Shown here: positions 10,226 through 20,810 of the stretch, piece after piece
Layout of the letters: each line of letters opens with the position of its first letter
Numbering within the stretch: the first letter of the stretch is position 1
IMG/VR virus record: IMGVR_UViG_3300033146_000394
Span: 1-64,000 of that record
DNA: 64,000 bases
Reading direction: 5' to 3' (one strand)
Source: a virus
Lineage: Duplodnaviria > Heunggongvirae > Uroviricota > Caudoviricetes
Notes under the pieces: model-generated
What the model saw: only the letters and a program-made list of their open reading frames with translations
Database searches by the model: none
What the model was told of the DNA's origin: nothing
Position numbers and translations under genes: made by a program

Positions 10226-11068
10226 TTATTTTTTAAGAATTGTTTTTAATATTTTAGTTCTAGTAAGATTATTCATGTAAGCACCAGATAAATTATATCT
10301 TTTTAATAATGTATATAAATCTAAGGTATTAGGACATTTTATTAAAAATATTTCATACATCTCTCTTGTGAGTTCTTTATCTCTAAATTTATCAACACTA
10401 ATAATAAAATTCTTCTTCTTCAAAATATCATCATAAGTCGTATTATATAATATCTTTTTAAATAATAAAAAATATTTCTTCCACCAATGATTGTTTATTT
10501 TTATTTCAAATTCATCATATAACGAATTTATAGCATAAATATTTTGATTATTTTGATTATAATACTTTAATATCCTATAAAATGATTTAATATTACTTAT
10601 CAAATGTGATATTGAAGAAACATATAAAATAGTATATTCATTGTGTGATCCTTTTTTTAAAAATTTTAAATGATATGTTTTAGATAAAACATCACCCATA
10701 TAATTACCTTTATATTTTATATCTATATATGGCTTTAACCAATATAATGTAAATATTTGATGTAAATAAATAGATTTTTTTAATCCACTTTTATATATTT
10801 CGATTTCTTGTTTTTTTGCTAATGAATTAATTGCAGCATATTTATTATTTGGGAATAATTTTCTTAATATTTTATGACCACCACCAAATATATCACCCAT
10901 ATCACACCACATAATATGTGTTTCATTATTATTTAACTCACATGATTCATTTATACATATATGCTTATCACTAGTAATATCACTATCTAATACATCATTA
11001 TATATAAATGTACCATCAAGATATAAATTTGATTTACAATTTGGACATATTAAATCACTTTTTTTCAT
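10226..11068 (-). CDS. hypothetical protein with N-terminal CxxC zinc ribbon
   Basis: CPNCKS ... CINESC near the N-terminus; 280 aa. Confidence 0.45.
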   Translation of the reverse strand: MKKSDLICPNCKSNLYLDGTFIYNDVLDSDITSDKHICINESCELNNNETHIMWCDMGDIFGGGHKILRKLFPNNKYAAINSLAKKQEIEIYKSGLKKSIYLHQIFTLYWLKPYIDIKYKGNYMGDVLSKTYHLKFLKKGSHNEYTILYVSSISHLISNIKSFYRILKYYNQNNQNIYAINSLYDEFEIKINNHWWKKYFLLFKKILYNTTYDDILKKKNFIISVDKFRDKELTREMYEIFLIKCPNTLDLYTLLKRYNLSGAYMNNLTRTKILKTILKK

Positions 11069-11277
11069 AATATATCTCTGGTTAATGTGTTATATATTTT
11101 TTCCAAATCGGCATAATTATTTATTATTTTAATAAAATCTAATGATCCATCAACTTCATCATAATATGATAAAATTGTTTGTTTTCCCTCAAAGTGGATT
11201 TGTAATTCATATCTTTGGTCTAACCAAACACCATCACACATTATAAATTTATTTTGGTTACTTAAATCTATTATCAT
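11065..11277 (-). CDS. hypothetical protein
   Basis: 70-aa ORF overlapping its neighbours by 4 nt (operon-like). Confidence 0.35.
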   Translation of the reverse strand: MIIDLSNQNKFIMCDGVWLDQRYELQIHFEGKQTILSYYDEVDGSLDFIKIINNYADLEKIYNTLTRDIL

Positions 11278-11510
11278 TTTCTAAGTATTGTTTTAAGTTT
11301 TAATATTCGTAAATGTGTTAAATATAATGGATTAGATTTAGAGATATAAACTTTATCATAATTCATATTATAAACACTACCATCACTAAACACATAATCT
11401 ATATTATCATTAGTGTGTTTTACCATATAGCTATCAGTAGAATTTATATACATTAAATATAAATCTGATGTATTAAAAAAATAAGTAACATCTATATTAT
11501 TAAAATCCAT
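11274..11510 (-). CDS. hypothetical protein
   Basis: 78-aa ORF. Confidence 0.35.
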   Translation of the reverse strand: MDFNNIDVTYFFNTSDLYLMYINSTDSYMVKHTNDNIDYVFSDGSVYNMNYDKVYISKSNPLYLTHLRILKLKTILRK

Positions 11511-11540
11511 GTTTTTTATAGTAAAACAAAAAATATTTGT

Positions 11541-11717
11541 TTAAAAATTATTTATTGATTTGTATTTAATTAATAAAGTTTCATATGATGCTTCATCAAT
11601 ATTTTTTAATTTATTAAATAATTTTCCTATACCACTTTCACTCGCAGTAATTTTATTTGATTTAATTTTTTTAATTCTTGAATTAATCATAAATTCTAAT
11701 TTGTTTTGATTTTCCAT
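11541..11717 (-). CDS. small hypothetical protein (58 aa)
   Basis: Unlisted ORF MENQNKLEFMINSRIKKIKSNK... with TATCTTTGCATAAAT promoter-like motif 23 nt upstream. Confidence 0.35.
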   Translation of the reverse strand: MENQNKLEFMINSRIKKIKSNKITASESGIGKLFNKLKNIDEASYETLLIKYKSINNF

Positions 11718-11861
11718 GATAAAATGTTTTTATGTTATTTATGCAAAGATATATAAAAACAAAACACAAAACACAAAATATTTATATATATAAATAATAA
11801 AAATTATTATAAAAATGGAATAATTAAAATTAATATATACATAAAACAAATAATTAAAAAT

Positions 11862-12407
11862 ATGAAAAAATTTACGGATAATATAAACAACAAACAACAC
11901 CACTATGCTGGTAATGAAATTTTGAAAAATGAATTATTTGATTTAATTGATGAAAATTTAATACCCACAATTGATGGTATATCTACTGATAAACTATCTT
12001 TAAATGGTAAAGAAGATTTAGTTATAGCATTATTAAAAATCGTAGAAAATTCAAAAATTGATTCAAAAATTGATATATTATTAAATTTAAATGATATATC
12101 AGAATCTAATGAAAATGATGATGTATATAAAACTGATAGAGATGTTGAATTCATAAACCCAACAACAGATAGAAGACAACATTGGCAAACAATTCTACTT
12201 GATGGGGAAGAAATCGGTGCTGTTTGTGAAAAAGAAACTTCAATATTAGATCCAATTAGTGTATTTTTCCAAAAAAACATAAAAGAAGAGTTGATTGATA
12301 AGGATAAATATGAATGGTATATATCTGAGGATAAAGGACGAATTTTTGTGATATTTTATACATTACAAGAATTAATAGATTTTTCTGAAAAATATAATGA
12401 AAAATAA
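11862..12407 (+). CDS. hypothetical protein
   Basis: 181-aa ORF, first gene of a plus-strand cluster of small genes. Confidence 0.45.
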   Translation: MKKFTDNINNKQHHYAGNEILKNELFDLIDENLIPTIDGISTDKLSLNGKEDLVIALLKIVENSKIDSKIDILLNLNDISESNENDDVYKTDRDVEFINPTTDRRQHWQTILLDGEEIGAVCEKETSILDPISVFFQKNIKEELIDKDKYEWYISEDKGRIFVIFYTLQELIDFSEKYNEK

Positions 12408-12417
12408 ATAATATACT

Positions 12418-12660
12418 ATGAATGTTAAAAAATATAATGAATTAAACGAAAACGGTACAGATATTAGAATATATAAAATATCAAGATACTTGAGTGATTA
12501 TTTTTATCCAAATGCTAGTAAAAATACATACCCAATTAAATGTGATGGGTTTAGTGAAAAAGATGAAAACTATAAAGTATATTTTAGTGTGTGGGAAAAT
12601 AATGAATATAAATCCGGACCAATCACAACTATATTTGTACCAAAAAGAGTTATATCTTAA
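12418..12660 (+). CDS. hypothetical protein
   Basis: 80-aa ORF. Confidence 0.35.
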   Translation: MNVKKYNELNENGTDIRIYKISRYLSDYFYPNASKNTYPIKCDGFSEKDENYKVYFSVWENNEYKSGPITTIFVPKRVIS

Positions 12661-12675
12661 AAAAAAAACAAAAAT

Positions 12676-13354
12676 AATGAAAAAATTTAGTAATATAAAT
12701 GAAATCAATGATATTGAAAAAACAATAAACCCTAAAATAAATAAATTAGTTGAAAAGCTTGTTTCTTTAAATGTATTTGTATCATATAATGGAAATAGTG
12801 ATGATATTCTCAACAAAAAAACAAAAATAAATGGGGTTGAAGAATTATCTGAGAAATTATATAAATTGATTGAAGAAGAAATATCAACAGAAAAAGGTAT
12901 TATATTAGAAAAAATAAAATATAGTAATATAAAAAATAATCAACAAGAAATAAATAAAGAAATACAATTATTGAATGAAACTAAATATGATGATATAATT
13001 TTTAGTCCAGAAGATATTTTTTCAAATGAAGATTATACCAAAGACAATAAATCTTTTGTTTTTGAATCTTTAAATAGTATTCCTAATGATTATTTAAGCA
13101 AAATAAATAGAAGAGAAGCAAATGATTATTTTTCTAATGGTAATAAATTAAGTATTATATATGAGGGTATAGATAAAGGTTGGATTTTATCATTTATATC
13201 ATCTAATAAATATGGTATATCTACAGATGATGATAATACCAAATATAAAGAATTTATAAAAGAAAATAATGATTTTATTGCTGATTTTATATCTGCATCA
13301 ACATCATTAATAGGAACAAAAAATATAAAATTCGATAATAAATTGTTTTTATAA
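12676..13354 (+). CDS. hypothetical protein
   Basis: ATG at 12676 (MKKFSNINE...) is more plausible than the upstream alternative start of the track ORF 12494..13354. Confidence 0.45.
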
Positions 13355-13399
13355 TAAAAAATAATAAACTTGTAAATATATTATATCTATAATAATGCA

Positions 13400-13846
13400 A
13401 TGACAATACAAGATTTTTTAAAATTAACATATTTAACTACAAAAGAACGATATAAACTTTTAATATTCGACAAAAAAAATATATCTTATGATTTATTTTT
13501 GTCTAATGTTGAAAGTTTTTATATTGAAAGACCAAGAATAATATGTTTAGATGGGTTTTCTGTTAGTGTGCAAGGTGGAATCTATACATTATGTAGCCCA
13601 AGAAAACATACAAAAATATATGATAGTTTAGAAATAAGCAAACCATCAAGTAAAGACAAAATTTTTATAGATAATGAAGATATTCAATCTTATGTAAAAT
13701 TACAAGATATTCAAGATATGATTAATCGACACAATGGAATAAATATATCTAAAACTTTTAAAAATTTTTCATCTATAAACTATTATAAATATGTAAACAA
13801 TATTAGGAAATCTAAATTAAATTGTATATTACAAAAAAATAAATAA
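13400..13846 (+). CDS. hypothetical protein
   Basis: 148-aa ORF. Confidence 0.4.
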   Translation: MTIQDFLKLTYLTTKERYKLLIFDKKNISYDLFLSNVESFYIERPRIICLDGFSVSVQGGIYTLCSPRKHTKIYDSLEISKPSSKDKIFIDNEDIQSYVKLQDIQDMINRHNGINISKTFKNFSSINYYKYVNNIRKSKLNCILQKNK

Positions 13847-13852
13847 TTATGA

Positions 13853-14143
13853 ATGAATATAAAGAACACAAAAAAAGCAAACATAAGATTAAAGTTACAA
13901 ACAATAACAGAACTTTTTTCAAAATATGATTATGATTTAAATGATGTTAATGATGATTGGACTGTATTTTTTTCATCTGAATCAAATAACTTAGTTAAAT
14001 TTATGATAGAAATATCAAGCACAGATGATACATTTAATGTGTTTAAATTTTTTAACGAAAATAAATGGGAAACATTAAATGATGATAATTTTGATAATAT
14101 AATAACAATAGCAGAAAATAAAATAACAGAATTATATGGCTAA
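13853..14143 (+). CDS. hypothetical protein
   Basis: 96-aa ORF overlapping the infC start by 8 nt. Confidence 0.4.
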   Translation: MNIKNTKKANIRLKLQTITELFSKYDYDLNDVNDDWTVFFSSESNNLVKFMIEISSTDDTFNVFKFFNENKWETLNDDNFDNIITIAENKITELYG

Positions 14144-14666
14144 ACATAAGCAAACAGAAAAAATAAATAGTGAGATTAGATCTAATGAAATTAGATTAGT
14201 TGGTGAAAATATTACTCCTGGTATATACACACTATATGAAGCTAAAAAAATTGCAGAAGAATTAGAGTTAGATTTAGTCGAAATAAATCCAAACTCAACA
14301 CCACCAGTGGCTAGAATAATGGATTACCACAAATATAAATATAATCAAAAACAAAAATATAAAGATTCTAAGAAAAAGCAAAAAGCAAGCAAACAATCAT
14401 TAAAAGAAATAAGATTTGGTCCAAATACAGATGATCACGATTTTAATTTTAAATCTAAAAATGCAAGAAAATTTTTAGAAAAAGGAGATTTAGTTAAAGC
14501 ATATGTTTTTTTTAAGGGGAGAGAAATAATATTTAAAGATAAAGGTGAATTATTATTATTTAAATTAGCAGATGATTTATCTGATGTTGGAATACCAATA
14601 TCATTAGATCTAAAATTAGAGGGTAAAAAAATGATAATGAATTTGAAACCATTAAAAAAGAAATAA
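14136..14666 (+). CDS. infC: translation initiation factor IF-3 (bacterial type)
   Basis: Full-length alignment to bacterial IF3: INSEIRSNEIRLVGENITPGIYTLYEAKKIAEELELDLVEINPNSTPPVARIMDYHKYKY...KEIRFGPNTDDHDFNFK...GKKMIMNLKP matches the IF3 N and C domains. Confidence 0.8.
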   Translation: MAKHKQTEKINSEIRSNEIRLVGENITPGIYTLYEAKKIAEELELDLVEINPNSTPPVARIMDYHKYKYNQKQKYKDSKKKQKASKQSLKEIRFGPNTDDHDFNFKSKNARKFLEKGDLVKAYVFFKGREIIFKDKGELLLFKLADDLSDVGIPISLDLKLEGKKMIMNLKPLKKK

Positions 14667-14668
14667 AT

Positions 14669-14890
14669 ATGGAAAAATTTAATATATATAACGGTGATGC
14701 AACAGTACAAATAAATGTTGATGATGAAATGAAAACAAAAATCTTTAATAAAATAGTTGAATTTATTAAAGATTTAAATTGTACATCTGGGGAACAATTA
14801 CAACAATCAGATTCATGTTTATTAGAAGCACCAGAATTAATATCAGATATATTAGATGATATAATTAAACCACAAACTAAGTGGAAATAA
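14669..14890 (+). CDS. hypothetical protein
   Basis: 73-aa ORF immediately after infC; not L35-like. Confidence 0.35.
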   Translation: MEKFNIYNGDATVQINVDDEMKTKIFNKIVEFIKDLNCTSGEQLQQSDSCLLEAPELISDILDDIIKPQTKWK

Positions 14891-15198
14891 AAAAAAATAA
14901 AAAAATTATGAATGATATACAATTATTTAAAGAAAAGCAAATAAATGACTATTTATCTAATATTGATTTATTAAACATGAATATTTCTCAGATGAAATCA
15001 GAATTAAAATCATTATTGGGTGAAGAACCAGCAATTAAATTAAATTATGTTAATGATAAAATGATAACTGAAGATGGAAATAGTGAAAAAATAGTTGAAA
15101 GATTAGATACTGTTACTATTATTTACACAATTAACAAAGAATTAATTCCTGGTAAAGAAATGCCATTCCCAATCTCTAAAACATTTATAGTTGGATAA
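14881..15198 (+). CDS. hypothetical protein
   Basis: 105-aa ORF. Confidence 0.35.
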   Translation: MEIKKNKKIMNDIQLFKEKQINDYLSNIDLLNMNISQMKSELKSLLGEEPAIKLNYVNDKMITEDGNSEKIVERLDTVTIIYTINKELIPGKEMPFPISKTFIVG

Positions 15199-15227
15199 AC
15201 AAGTTAAAAATTAAAAAATTAAAAAAT

Positions 15228-15449
15228 ATGATGTATAAAATAACATATGTTTCATATTCATTTACTAATGATAATGGAAAAGAAATAGAAAAAATAAAAG
15301 ACTATATATTAAAAGCTGAAACAGAAACAGATGCAAAATATCACTTTTTATCTAAAAAAATAAAACACAAATATATTAAAAATATATCATTAGATAATTC
15401 TAATACTATTGGTAATATGTTTCCAGAATTAGATAATTTATTAAATTAA
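15228..15449 (+). CDS. hypothetical protein
   Basis: 73-aa ORF. Confidence 0.35.
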   Translation: MMYKITYVSYSFTNDNGKEIEKIKDYILKAETETDAKYHFLSKKIKHKYIKNISLDNSNTIGNMFPELDNLLN

Positions 15450-16078
15450 ACCTTTTTTATATTTGATAATTCTTTTATTTTTAATAATAGTGATTCTATT
15501 ATTTTTTTAAAAGATATTGTTAATGTTCCAATACCAGCATCAATCACAACACCATTAGAAAACATATCATCATTAAAGTTATCAATATTTAATTTATTTG
15601 TTTTTATTAAGTCTAATAAACCTATTAAAAATGGGGTATATACTTCGGTATATGATATTAATTCTAATGTGTTGTTGAATATTTGATCTGTGGAATCAAT
15701 TATAGTAACAAAAATTTTATTTATATTATTTAAAAATGATGTAAAATTTGATAAAATATCATCATAGTTTTTTTCTGCTATTATATTTTTCATCTTTTCG
15801 ATGTCAGATTTATTTTCATCAACAATTATAGCAACTGAACACGTTGTTAATAATACAATATCTTTAATAGATATATTTATATTATTCTTATTTTTTATAA
15901 CATTTTCAAATATAGGGAATAATACTGGAATAGCTGTCCCAATCGTTGTAATATAATAAAAATTTAAATTTAAATCTTTTAATAATTTTACATATATATT
16001 ATTATATTTACTAATATTTAATTTATTTGTTTTTATACTTTCTATTAATTGTGTGTTATAATCATTTAAATATTTCAT
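15446..16078 (-). CDS. putative membrane protein
   Basis: Hydrophobic segments (TIGTAIPVLFPIF, LLTTCSVAIIV). Confidence 0.4.
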   Translation of the reverse strand: MKYLNDYNTQLIESIKTNKLNISKYNNIYVKLLKDLNLNFYYITTIGTAIPVLFPIFENVIKNKNNINISIKDIVLLTTCSVAIIVDENKSDIEKMKNIIAEKNYDDILSNFTSFLNNINKIFVTIIDSTDQIFNNTLELISYTEVYTPFLIGLLDLIKTNKLNIDNFNDDMFSNGVVIDAGIGTLTISFKKIIESLLLKIKELSNIKKV

Positions 16079-16156
16079 ATAATTATATATAAAAATAAAA
16101 AAACTTGTTTTTATAATGATATTTTTATTATATTTGCAAAATAAATAACAACCAAT

Positions 16157-18334
16157 ATGGAAAAAATAATTTTTATTACCCCTAGTTTATCGAATATTCG
16201 AGAAACATCAATTTTATTGAAAAAAATAACAGCAATATCCAAAGAAATTGATATATATATTATAGAATATGAAGCTAGGGATAATAATAAGTATAAATCT
16301 AATATAATAGATATTATATCCTCGAAAAAAATAATCACATTAAATAATCATAGTATATCAAATATAAACAAAATAATAAATAATATATTACCAGATATAA
16401 TTAGTTTTGAAGATATTCCTGAAAGATTTATGAATAGTGATGAAATATTTACTATATTTAATAAAGATAGAACATATAATATACACGAAACAACATATAT
16501 TAGAAGCGAAATAGAAATATATTATAAACCTGATCTATTTATATTTTATAATAAAAATCTAAAAAAAATATATGATATATATGGTGTTCCTATTGAAATT
16601 ATAAATTTTCCATATAATTATATAGAGATACAAAATAAAGACACATTTATTGAACATTTTAATTTAGATAAAAATGTTTTCAATATATTAGTTGTTGGTG
16701 TACATCAATATAACAATCAACAATATATTTATGATTTAGCCAATCAATTTGAAAATTATAAAGTCAATTTCATTTTTGTTGAATATGAACAAATACGAGT
16801 ATTCGATTTACCAAAAAATAGTAAATACTTAGGAGTAGTAGATATTGAATTATTATATGCAGCTTGTGATTTATTAATATATCAAAAAAATGATTTTGCG
16901 ATACCGATTGAAATAATTAATGCATTATCTAATAATTTACCTATTTTTAATAATAGTGATTTTGATGAATATAATTATAAAATATTAACTAATATTGATA
17001 ATAATATACTCGAAACAAAAAACAAAATTCTTCGAAAATTTAATATAAAAAGTAATTATGATACTGAATCATATAAAAAGATATTAAATTCAGTATATAA
17101 CATGAAAATACCAATTTCAAGAGAAATTATGGGGTTCGATTTTGATATAAACGAAAAAATCAATTTATCATTATTAGATGGTATAAGCATCACAATTAAT
17201 GATAAGTATGATTCGTTATTCTCAGATAAAAATTTTATAGTATCTTTTATTGATATTGATTCAGGGAATATTTTACATAGAGATACAATTAAATCAGGTT
17301 ATTGGACTAAACCAAAATTTTTATATTACGTTAATTGGAAAGTTGAAATAAAAAACAATAATAATATAATATATGAATATTCATTGGATTTAGATAAAAA
17401 AAATGTATATATTGAATATCATACCAACTCATTAGGTGATAATATAGCATTTATTCCGTATGTTGAAGAATTTAGAAAAAAGCATAATTGTAATGTTTTT
17501 GTTACATCAAAATGGAGTAATATTTTTAAAAATACATACAAAAATATAAATTTTGTTGATAGTGTTGATAATATTAGTATATTTGCATATTATAAATTAG
17601 GAATATTTAATAATTTGGAAGAAAACCATAAAAACAAACCATATAGTATATCGTTACAACAAGTGGCATCTGATATTTTAGGTATAGAATATTGTGAGAT
17701 AAGACCAAATTTAAATAGTGATATTGGATATAAACCAATAAGTGACAAATATATTTGTCTTGCTGAATTTTCAACAGCAAACCTTAAACATTGGCATTAC
17801 CCAACTATTGATAGTAATATTGGTTGGCAAATGGTTGTTGATTACTTAAATGAACAAGGATATAAAGTGATGGTGATTAGTTTACAAAAAACTAAACTAA
17901 AAAATATAATCGATCATACTGGGGATTATCCCATCGAACAAAGAATAAATGAATTAAGAAATTCTGAATTTCTTATTAGTGTTAGTAGTGGTTTGTCTTG
18001 GTTATCTTGGGCTGTTGGAAAGAAAACCGTAATGGTTTCAGGTTTTACCAATCCATATTGTGAATTTAAAGAAGATAATATTAGAGTTATTAATGAATTT
18101 GTTTGTAATTCGTGTTTTAATGATGAAATATTCAACTTAGAAGAGTTCAAGTCGGATTGGAATTACTGTCCTAGAAATAAAAACACACCAAGTCAATTTA
18201 TATGTTCATTAGCAATAACTCCAGAATTTATTGTTAATGAGATGATTAATAAAAAAATAATTAAAAATCCAAAGGATTTTAATTTTAAAAATAAATTAAA
18301 TCAATATTTAAACAAGAAAAAACAAACAAAGTAA
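16157..18334 (+). CDS. two-domain glycosyltransferase (GT1/GT4-like N-terminal part + GT9 heptosyltransferase-like C-terminal part)
   Basis: LGDNIAFIPYVEEFRKKHNCNVFV and GLSWLSWAVGKKTVMVSGFTNP resemble GT9 signatures. The central region resembles the GT-B C-domain. Promoter-like TATATTTGCAAAATA lies upstream. Confidence 0.5.
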   Translation: MEKIIFITPSLSNIRETSILLKKITAISKEIDIYIIEYEARDNNKYKSNIIDIISSKKIITLNNHSISNINKIINNILPDIISFEDIPERFMNSDEIFTIFNKDRTYNIHETTYIRSEIEIYYKPDLFIFYNKNLKKIYDIYGVPIEIINFPYNYIEIQNKDTFIEHFNLDKNVFNILVVGVHQYNNQQYIYDLANQFENYKVNFIFVEYEQIRVFDLPKNSKYLGVVDIELLYAACDLLIYQKNDFAIPIEIINALSNNLPIFNNSDFDEYNYKILTNIDNNILETKNKILRKFNIKSNYDTESYKKILNSVYNMKIPISREIMGFDFDINEKINLSLLDGISITINDKYDSLFSDKNFIVSFIDIDSGNILHRDTIKSGYWTKPKFLYYVNWKVEIKNNNNIIYEYSLDLDKKNVYIEYHTNSLGDNIAFIPYVEEFRKKHNCNVFVTSKWSNIFKNTYKNINFVDSVDNISIFAYYKLGIFNNLEENHKNKPYSISLQQVASDILGIEYCEIRPNLNSDIGYKPISDKYICLAEFSTANLKHWHYPTIDSNIGWQMVVDYLNEQGYKVMVISLQKTKLKNIIDHTGDYPIEQRINELRNSEFLISVSSGLSWLSWAVGKKTVMVSGFTNPYCEFKEDNIRVINEFVCNSCFNDEIFNLEEFKSDWNYCPRNKNTPSQFICSLAITPEFIVNEMINKKIIKNPKDFNFKNKLNQYLNKKKQTK

Positions 18335-18375
18335 ATAAATAAGTATAAGTTAAATTAAATTAAAAATTAAAAATT

Positions 18376-19224
18376 ATGAAGTTAAAAATTAACCCAATTT
18401 ATGGAGTAATCCTATTGTTAGTAATTGCTGCGGTTATTACTGTTTTTGTTAAATCTATCAAAACGCTTGAACCAGGTGAACGTGGTGTCGAATTTTATGT
18501 GTGGGGTGCAGGATTAGATAAAGATAATGTATATGATGAAGGTGTAGTATTAATTGTACCATGGAATAAGCTAATCACATATGATGTAAAGCAAAAAAAC
18601 ATGGATTTACAAATGAATGTATTAGATAAAAATGGTTTAGAAGTAGGAATTGAAGTATCAATCATTTATAGACCAATGCCAGGAAAAATTGGCTATCTAC
18701 ACTTAAAAACAGGTAAAGATTATGAAAATGTAGTTGTAGTTCCAAGAATTAGAGCTGCTGGTCGAGAAGTTGTTGGTGAATTTGGAGCAAGTGAATTATA
18801 TTCTAGTAAAAGAGATGTTTTACAAACAAAAATGGAAAATATTTTAAGTGTTAAATTTGAAGAAAATTATTTAATTGTTGAGGATGTGTTAATTAGAGAT
18901 GTTAATTTACCACCATCAATTAAAAAAGCAATTGAAGATAAACAAACACAAGACCAAAAAAATGAATTAGCAGAAAAATTAAACCAAGAAGCACAATTTA
19001 AAGCTAATGCACAAAGAACTTCAGCAAAAGGTGATAAAGATGCAAACATTCTTAGAGCAGAAGGTCAAGCTCAGGCAATTAAATTAACACAAGCACAATT
19101 ACAAAAATCTCCACAATATACTGAATATATTAAGTGGAAAAATTACTCAGAACAAGGTAAATCACCATATGGTGAAAACAATATCTATGGATCTGGAACA
19201 GCAGTTGTTAGGGGATTGAAATAA
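18376..19224 (+). CDS. SPFH/band-7 (prohibitin/stomatin-like) membrane protein
   Basis: N-terminal TM, then LEPGERGVEF ... PRIRAAGREVVGEF, then a coiled-coil Q/A/E-rich C-terminus typical of SPFH proteins. Confidence 0.7.
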   Translation: MKLKINPIYGVILLLVIAAVITVFVKSIKTLEPGERGVEFYVWGAGLDKDNVYDEGVVLIVPWNKLITYDVKQKNMDLQMNVLDKNGLEVGIEVSIIYRPMPGKIGYLHLKTGKDYENVVVVPRIRAAGREVVGEFGASELYSSKRDVLQTKMENILSVKFEENYLIVEDVLIRDVNLPPSIKKAIEDKQTQDQKNELAEKLNQEAQFKANAQRTSAKGDKDANILRAEGQAQAIKLTQAQLQKSPQYTEYIKWKNYSEQGKSPYGENNIYGSGTAVVRGLK

Positions 19225-19237
19225 ATATTTTATATTA

Positions 19238-19335
19238 CTTAGGATAAAGAACACAATAACATAGTTTGGACAAGTGCGATATAATCAAAAATGGAGAATA
19301 CTTGTGGCACAATTCTCGATGTTCTTTGTTCTAAG
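19238..19335 (+). promoter_or_regulatory. 98-nt structured element: 15-bp imperfect inverted repeat (CTTAGGATAAAGAAC / GTTCTTTGTTCTAAG) enclosing a GC-richer 68-nt loop
   Basis: Seen directly. Lies between the SPFH gene and the sigma-factor gene, followed by an A/T run; terminator or sRNA or operator. Confidence 0.35.
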
Positions 19336-19495
19336 TAATCATATTAAAAAAAATTGATTTTTAGTAAACTTTTTTTTATATATCATATATATTGTTTTAA
19401 TATATTTATATAATATTAACCCATAGAGTTTATCTAAATAAATATATATATTTTTATAATATGTTTCAATAACTTAAAAAACAACAAATTAATTT

Positions 19496-20155
19496 ATGAA
19501 TAAATTTGAACGACATTTCAAACACATATCCGGTATTGATTTTAATGATTTTTATAATGACCAATACCCCAAGTTATTATTTTATTTAAATAATTGGACT
19601 AAAAGTGCAGATTTGAGTGAAGATATTGCAAGTGAAGCTTTTATGCAATGTTTAAATAAAATTGAAACATTTGACCAATCTAAATCACAAGTACACACTT
19701 GGTTATATACTATTGCAAAAAATATGGCAATAAAGAAATTTAAAGACAACCAAAAATTACCACTAATATCAATGGATAAAGAGTTTGGTAAAAATAATGT
19801 TACCTTAGAATCTTTTTTTACATATGATGATAATAAACATGAATATAATAAACATAAAATTCTTAAAAGAAAAGCAGATGTTATTAGAAAAAGTATTTAT
19901 GAATTACCAGATAAACAACAAAAATATAAAGACGTATTAAAATTGAGAGAAATTGATGCAATGTCTTATGAAGAAATTGCAATTTATCTTGATTTAAATT
20001 TATCTACTGTAAAAAGCCAAATAAAGAAAGGTAGAGAAATTATAAAGAAAAACACAGAACACAAATTGAGAGGTCTTTCCTCTCTTTTTATTTTCATATT
20101 ATTATATATACTATATGAAAGATATAGACATAACAATATTGATAACATATTATAA
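19496..20155 (+). CDS. sigma-70 family sigma factor (ECF/gp55-like region 2 + region 4)
   Basis: Region-2-like FDQSKSQVHTWLYTIAKNMAIKKFKD, also resembling T4 gp55 [21 protein letters not shown]. Region-4-like LPDKQQKYKDVLKLREIDAMSYEEIAIYLDLNLSTVKSQIKKGREIIKK. Confidence 0.65.
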   Translation: MNKFERHFKHISGIDFNDFYNDQYPKLLFYLNNWTKSADLSEDIASEAFMQCLNKIETFDQSKSQVHTWLYTIAKNMAIKKFKDNQKLPLISMDKEFGKNNVTLESFFTYDDNKHEYNKHKILKRKADVIRKSIYELPDKQQKYKDVLKLREIDAMSYEEIAIYLDLNLSTVKSQIKKGREIIKKNTEHKLRGLSSLFIFILLYILYERYRHNNIDNIL

Positions 20156-20810
20156 TACAAACTATGATATATTTAAAGAAACATTAACCTCAGTTAGAAC
20201 ACTACAAATAAAAAAAAATAATAATTCACCAATAATTATCATTGATGATGGTTCTGATAAAGAATATAAAGATAATATTTATATATTAATCGGTGAATTA
20301 GAATTAAAAAATACTACAATTCATCATTTAAAAGAAAACATGAATCTAACATATGCAGTTTGGTATGGTCTTTCAAAAATAAATACAGATTATACTATGA
20401 GGTTAGATTCAGATGATATTATATATTATGTTCCAATATGTAAAGAAGATGTAGATGTTATATTTAAATATAAAACCACAGAAACACACGAAAAATGGTT
20501 AAATAATGAAGGTAGTCCACATTTACCGGGTGTTGTTATGAAAACTAATATGTATAAAAGTATGTATGATAATTATGAATATTTTAAACAATATGAAAGA
20601 CAAATACATGAAGACACATATCACCTACAAAGATTTTTATTAATTTATAAAGATAAATTCACTTGGTGTCGAACAAAAAATATTCATTATGTTTATAGAG
20701 CAAAAATCGGCATTATGGCAAAAGAAAAATCTCAATCACAAAAAGCAATCAATACAGATATTATTGATTTATTAAAAAAAGAAAATTTATATAAATATGT
20801 TTATAGTTAA
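20115..20810 (+). CDS. family-2 glycosyltransferase
   Basis: ITILITYYN...PIIIIDDGSD (GT2 DxD region). Confidence 0.55.
   Translation: MKDIDITILITYYNTNYDIFKETLTSVRTLQIKKNNNSPIIIIDDGSDKEYKDNIYILIGELELKNTTIHHLKENMNLTYAVWYGLSKINTDYTMRLDSDDIIYYVPICKEDVDVIFKYKTTETHEKWLNNEGSPHLPGVVMKTNMYKSMYDNYEYFKQYERQIHEDTYHLQRFLLIYKDKFTWCRTKNIHYVYRAKIGIMAKEKSQSQKAINTDIIDLLKKENLYKYVYS

Noticed and set aside
19346-19353. Mimivirus-type early promoter AAAATTGA as a general promoter signal
   Set aside because: Only a single intergenic occurrence. Other genes instead carry the TAnnTTTGCA motif, so an NCLDV-type promoter architecture is not supported
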